Source: Isurus oxyrinchus (Eukaryota). Taken from it: DNA of 64,000 nucleotides. A program made the position numbers and the translations under genes. Below are positions 62,432-64,000 of this stretch, one piece after another; position 1 is the stretch's first letter; every line of letters starts with the position of its first letter. The DNA lies in the NCBI GenBank assembly GCA_026770705.1, contig JANJGN010000010.1, positions 89,404,001 to 89,468,000 of the forward strand, in the 5' to 3' direction. The notes below the pieces were generated by a model, which searched no databases, was not told where the DNA came from, and worked only from the letters and a program-made list of their open reading frames with translations.

Positions 62432-64000
62432 GTATTGCAACCATCATCGGCTGTCCCACAATTTGAGAAGGATGTCCATTTAGGGTCGCAGGTTCCTGCC
62501 ATGGATCTTCATGTGGCTGAACAGGCCAATTTTTGACCGGCAGATCTTTGGGGCGCATGGGACAGGACGTCCCATGGCATGGTGGGATGCAGAATGCAGG
62601 ATTTTCTTCCCTTTCTTTGCTTCTTTGCAGCTGCTCTGCCTCATCATTAAGACATTTGGACTCAATGTGTGATGCAGCCTGATAGACAAGCTGCCACCAT
62701 TTTGAATGATTGGTAGCGAACTCCTCCCAGTCATTTATGTCAATGCTGCTGCACTTCAAGGAGAGCTTCAGAGGGTCTTTGTAGCATTTCCTTCATCCTC
62801 CTGTGGAACTCCTGCCACTTGAGATTTGAGAAAACAGGACCTGACAGGGGAGATGTTTTTCCAGTGCGCAGTGTCCAATGCATTATAGTTGATTTTGCAG
62901 TTTTGCCTGAACACTTGTGCAGCTAGCTTCAGTACAGTAGTGCTTCTTTGATGGTCCTCCCATTGAATCCGGAGAATGCAGTGGAGGCATTGCTAGTGGA
63001 GTTTCTCTAGCGTTCTTATGTGTTGCTGATACACAGTCCAGGCTTTACTGCAGAACAGGAGTGCGGTGATGGCAACTGCTCTGTACACTAGCACTTTTGT
63101 TAACTTACGGAGGTCTTTGTTGTCAAACACACGCTGCCATATTTTGTAGGAGGTTGAGCTGGGGCAGCTGATCCAGTGTTGAATCTCTTCATCAATGGTG
63201 GCCTTTTGAGAGTGGTGGTTGCCAAGGTATGGGAAGTGCTCAACATATTCCAGAGTCTCTCCTTCAACATATATTGGAGGTAGAATGCTTGACTGATCAG
63301 GTCTAGATTATATGAGTTTTGTTTGGCCACATTCAAGGACATGCTGAGTCTCTTCAATGCAGAATTGAAGAGGTTGAGAGTGGCTTTCAAATCTGCTGCA
63401 GAGTTGGCAATGACACTGCAGTCATTCACATACCGTGGATCATGTATGTCTATGGTGGTCAGTTTAGTTTTGGCATGGAGGAAACTGAGGCTAAAGAGAT
63501 TTCCATCTATTTAATGCTCACACCAGAGGGCACTGATCTTTGATGATGTGAATATCCGCTGTCAGGTAGGTTGTAAATAGTATGTGAGCTATCACATAGC
63601 CTTGCTTGACAACAGTCTGGATTTTGAAGGGGACTACTTCAGATCTCCCACTCAAGACAGTTGAAGTCAAATCATCATGAAGCAATTGCAGGATTGTGAT
63701 GAAGTTTCTGGTGATTTACACAGTCAAATGCTTTGGTCAGGTCAATGAGTGAAATCAAGAGTTCCTGGTGTTATTCTTGACACTTTTGGATTTGTCTGGC
63801 AAAAAAGAACCACGTCAGAGGTTCATCTGGAAGGTCTAAAGCCAGTGTGTCTCTGGGAGAATTGGCTCAGCCACAGAGAGTAAGGAATTCAGGAGAGTGC
63901 ATGCCAGGATTTTCCCTCCTATGGATAAGAGGGAAATACCTTGATAGGTTCCATATTATGATTTATCTCCCTTCTTGAAGATAACTACAATTGTCATATT
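62432..64000 (-). mobile_element. Degenerate RTE-clade LINE (RT + C-terminal zinc finger), extends past the window end
   Basis: Motifs GTYQGISLLSIGGKILA, LIDLTKAFD, VKQGYVIAHILF, YVNDC (decayed YADD) and terminal KICRSKIGLFSHMKIH; frameshifted. Confidence 0.9.

Overview
Vertebrate genomic DNA; the repeat content (CR1, L2, RTE, Gypsy-type LTR) suggests a cartilaginous fish, which is an inference. The whole window lies inside one gel-forming mucin gene of the MUC5AC/MUC5B/MUC2 family on the minus strand, open at both ends. In transcript order: a TIL3/E3-region exon (61079-60932), a 44-nt exon (57404-57361), a 1905-nt Cys+PTS exon (53857-51953) and a candidate 15-nt micro-exon (51777-51763). These are followed by a >50-kb tandem array of 1.29-1.32-kb exon+intron units. 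The array holds 38 intact, symmetric phase-1, 213-nt exons. Spliced together they build a chain of 44-aa six-cysteine modules, each split across an exon junction and separated by 27-aa Thr-rich linkers (>=2698 aa). The array uses three intron types (A, B, C) and recombinants of them, arranged in 2-, 3- and 4-unit higher-order repeats. At its 5' (transcript) edge is a relic unit whose exon and splice sites have been deleted. The upstream introns contain nested retroelements and a 34-bp minisatellite. Almost all short ORFs in the track are intronic or antisense artefacts.
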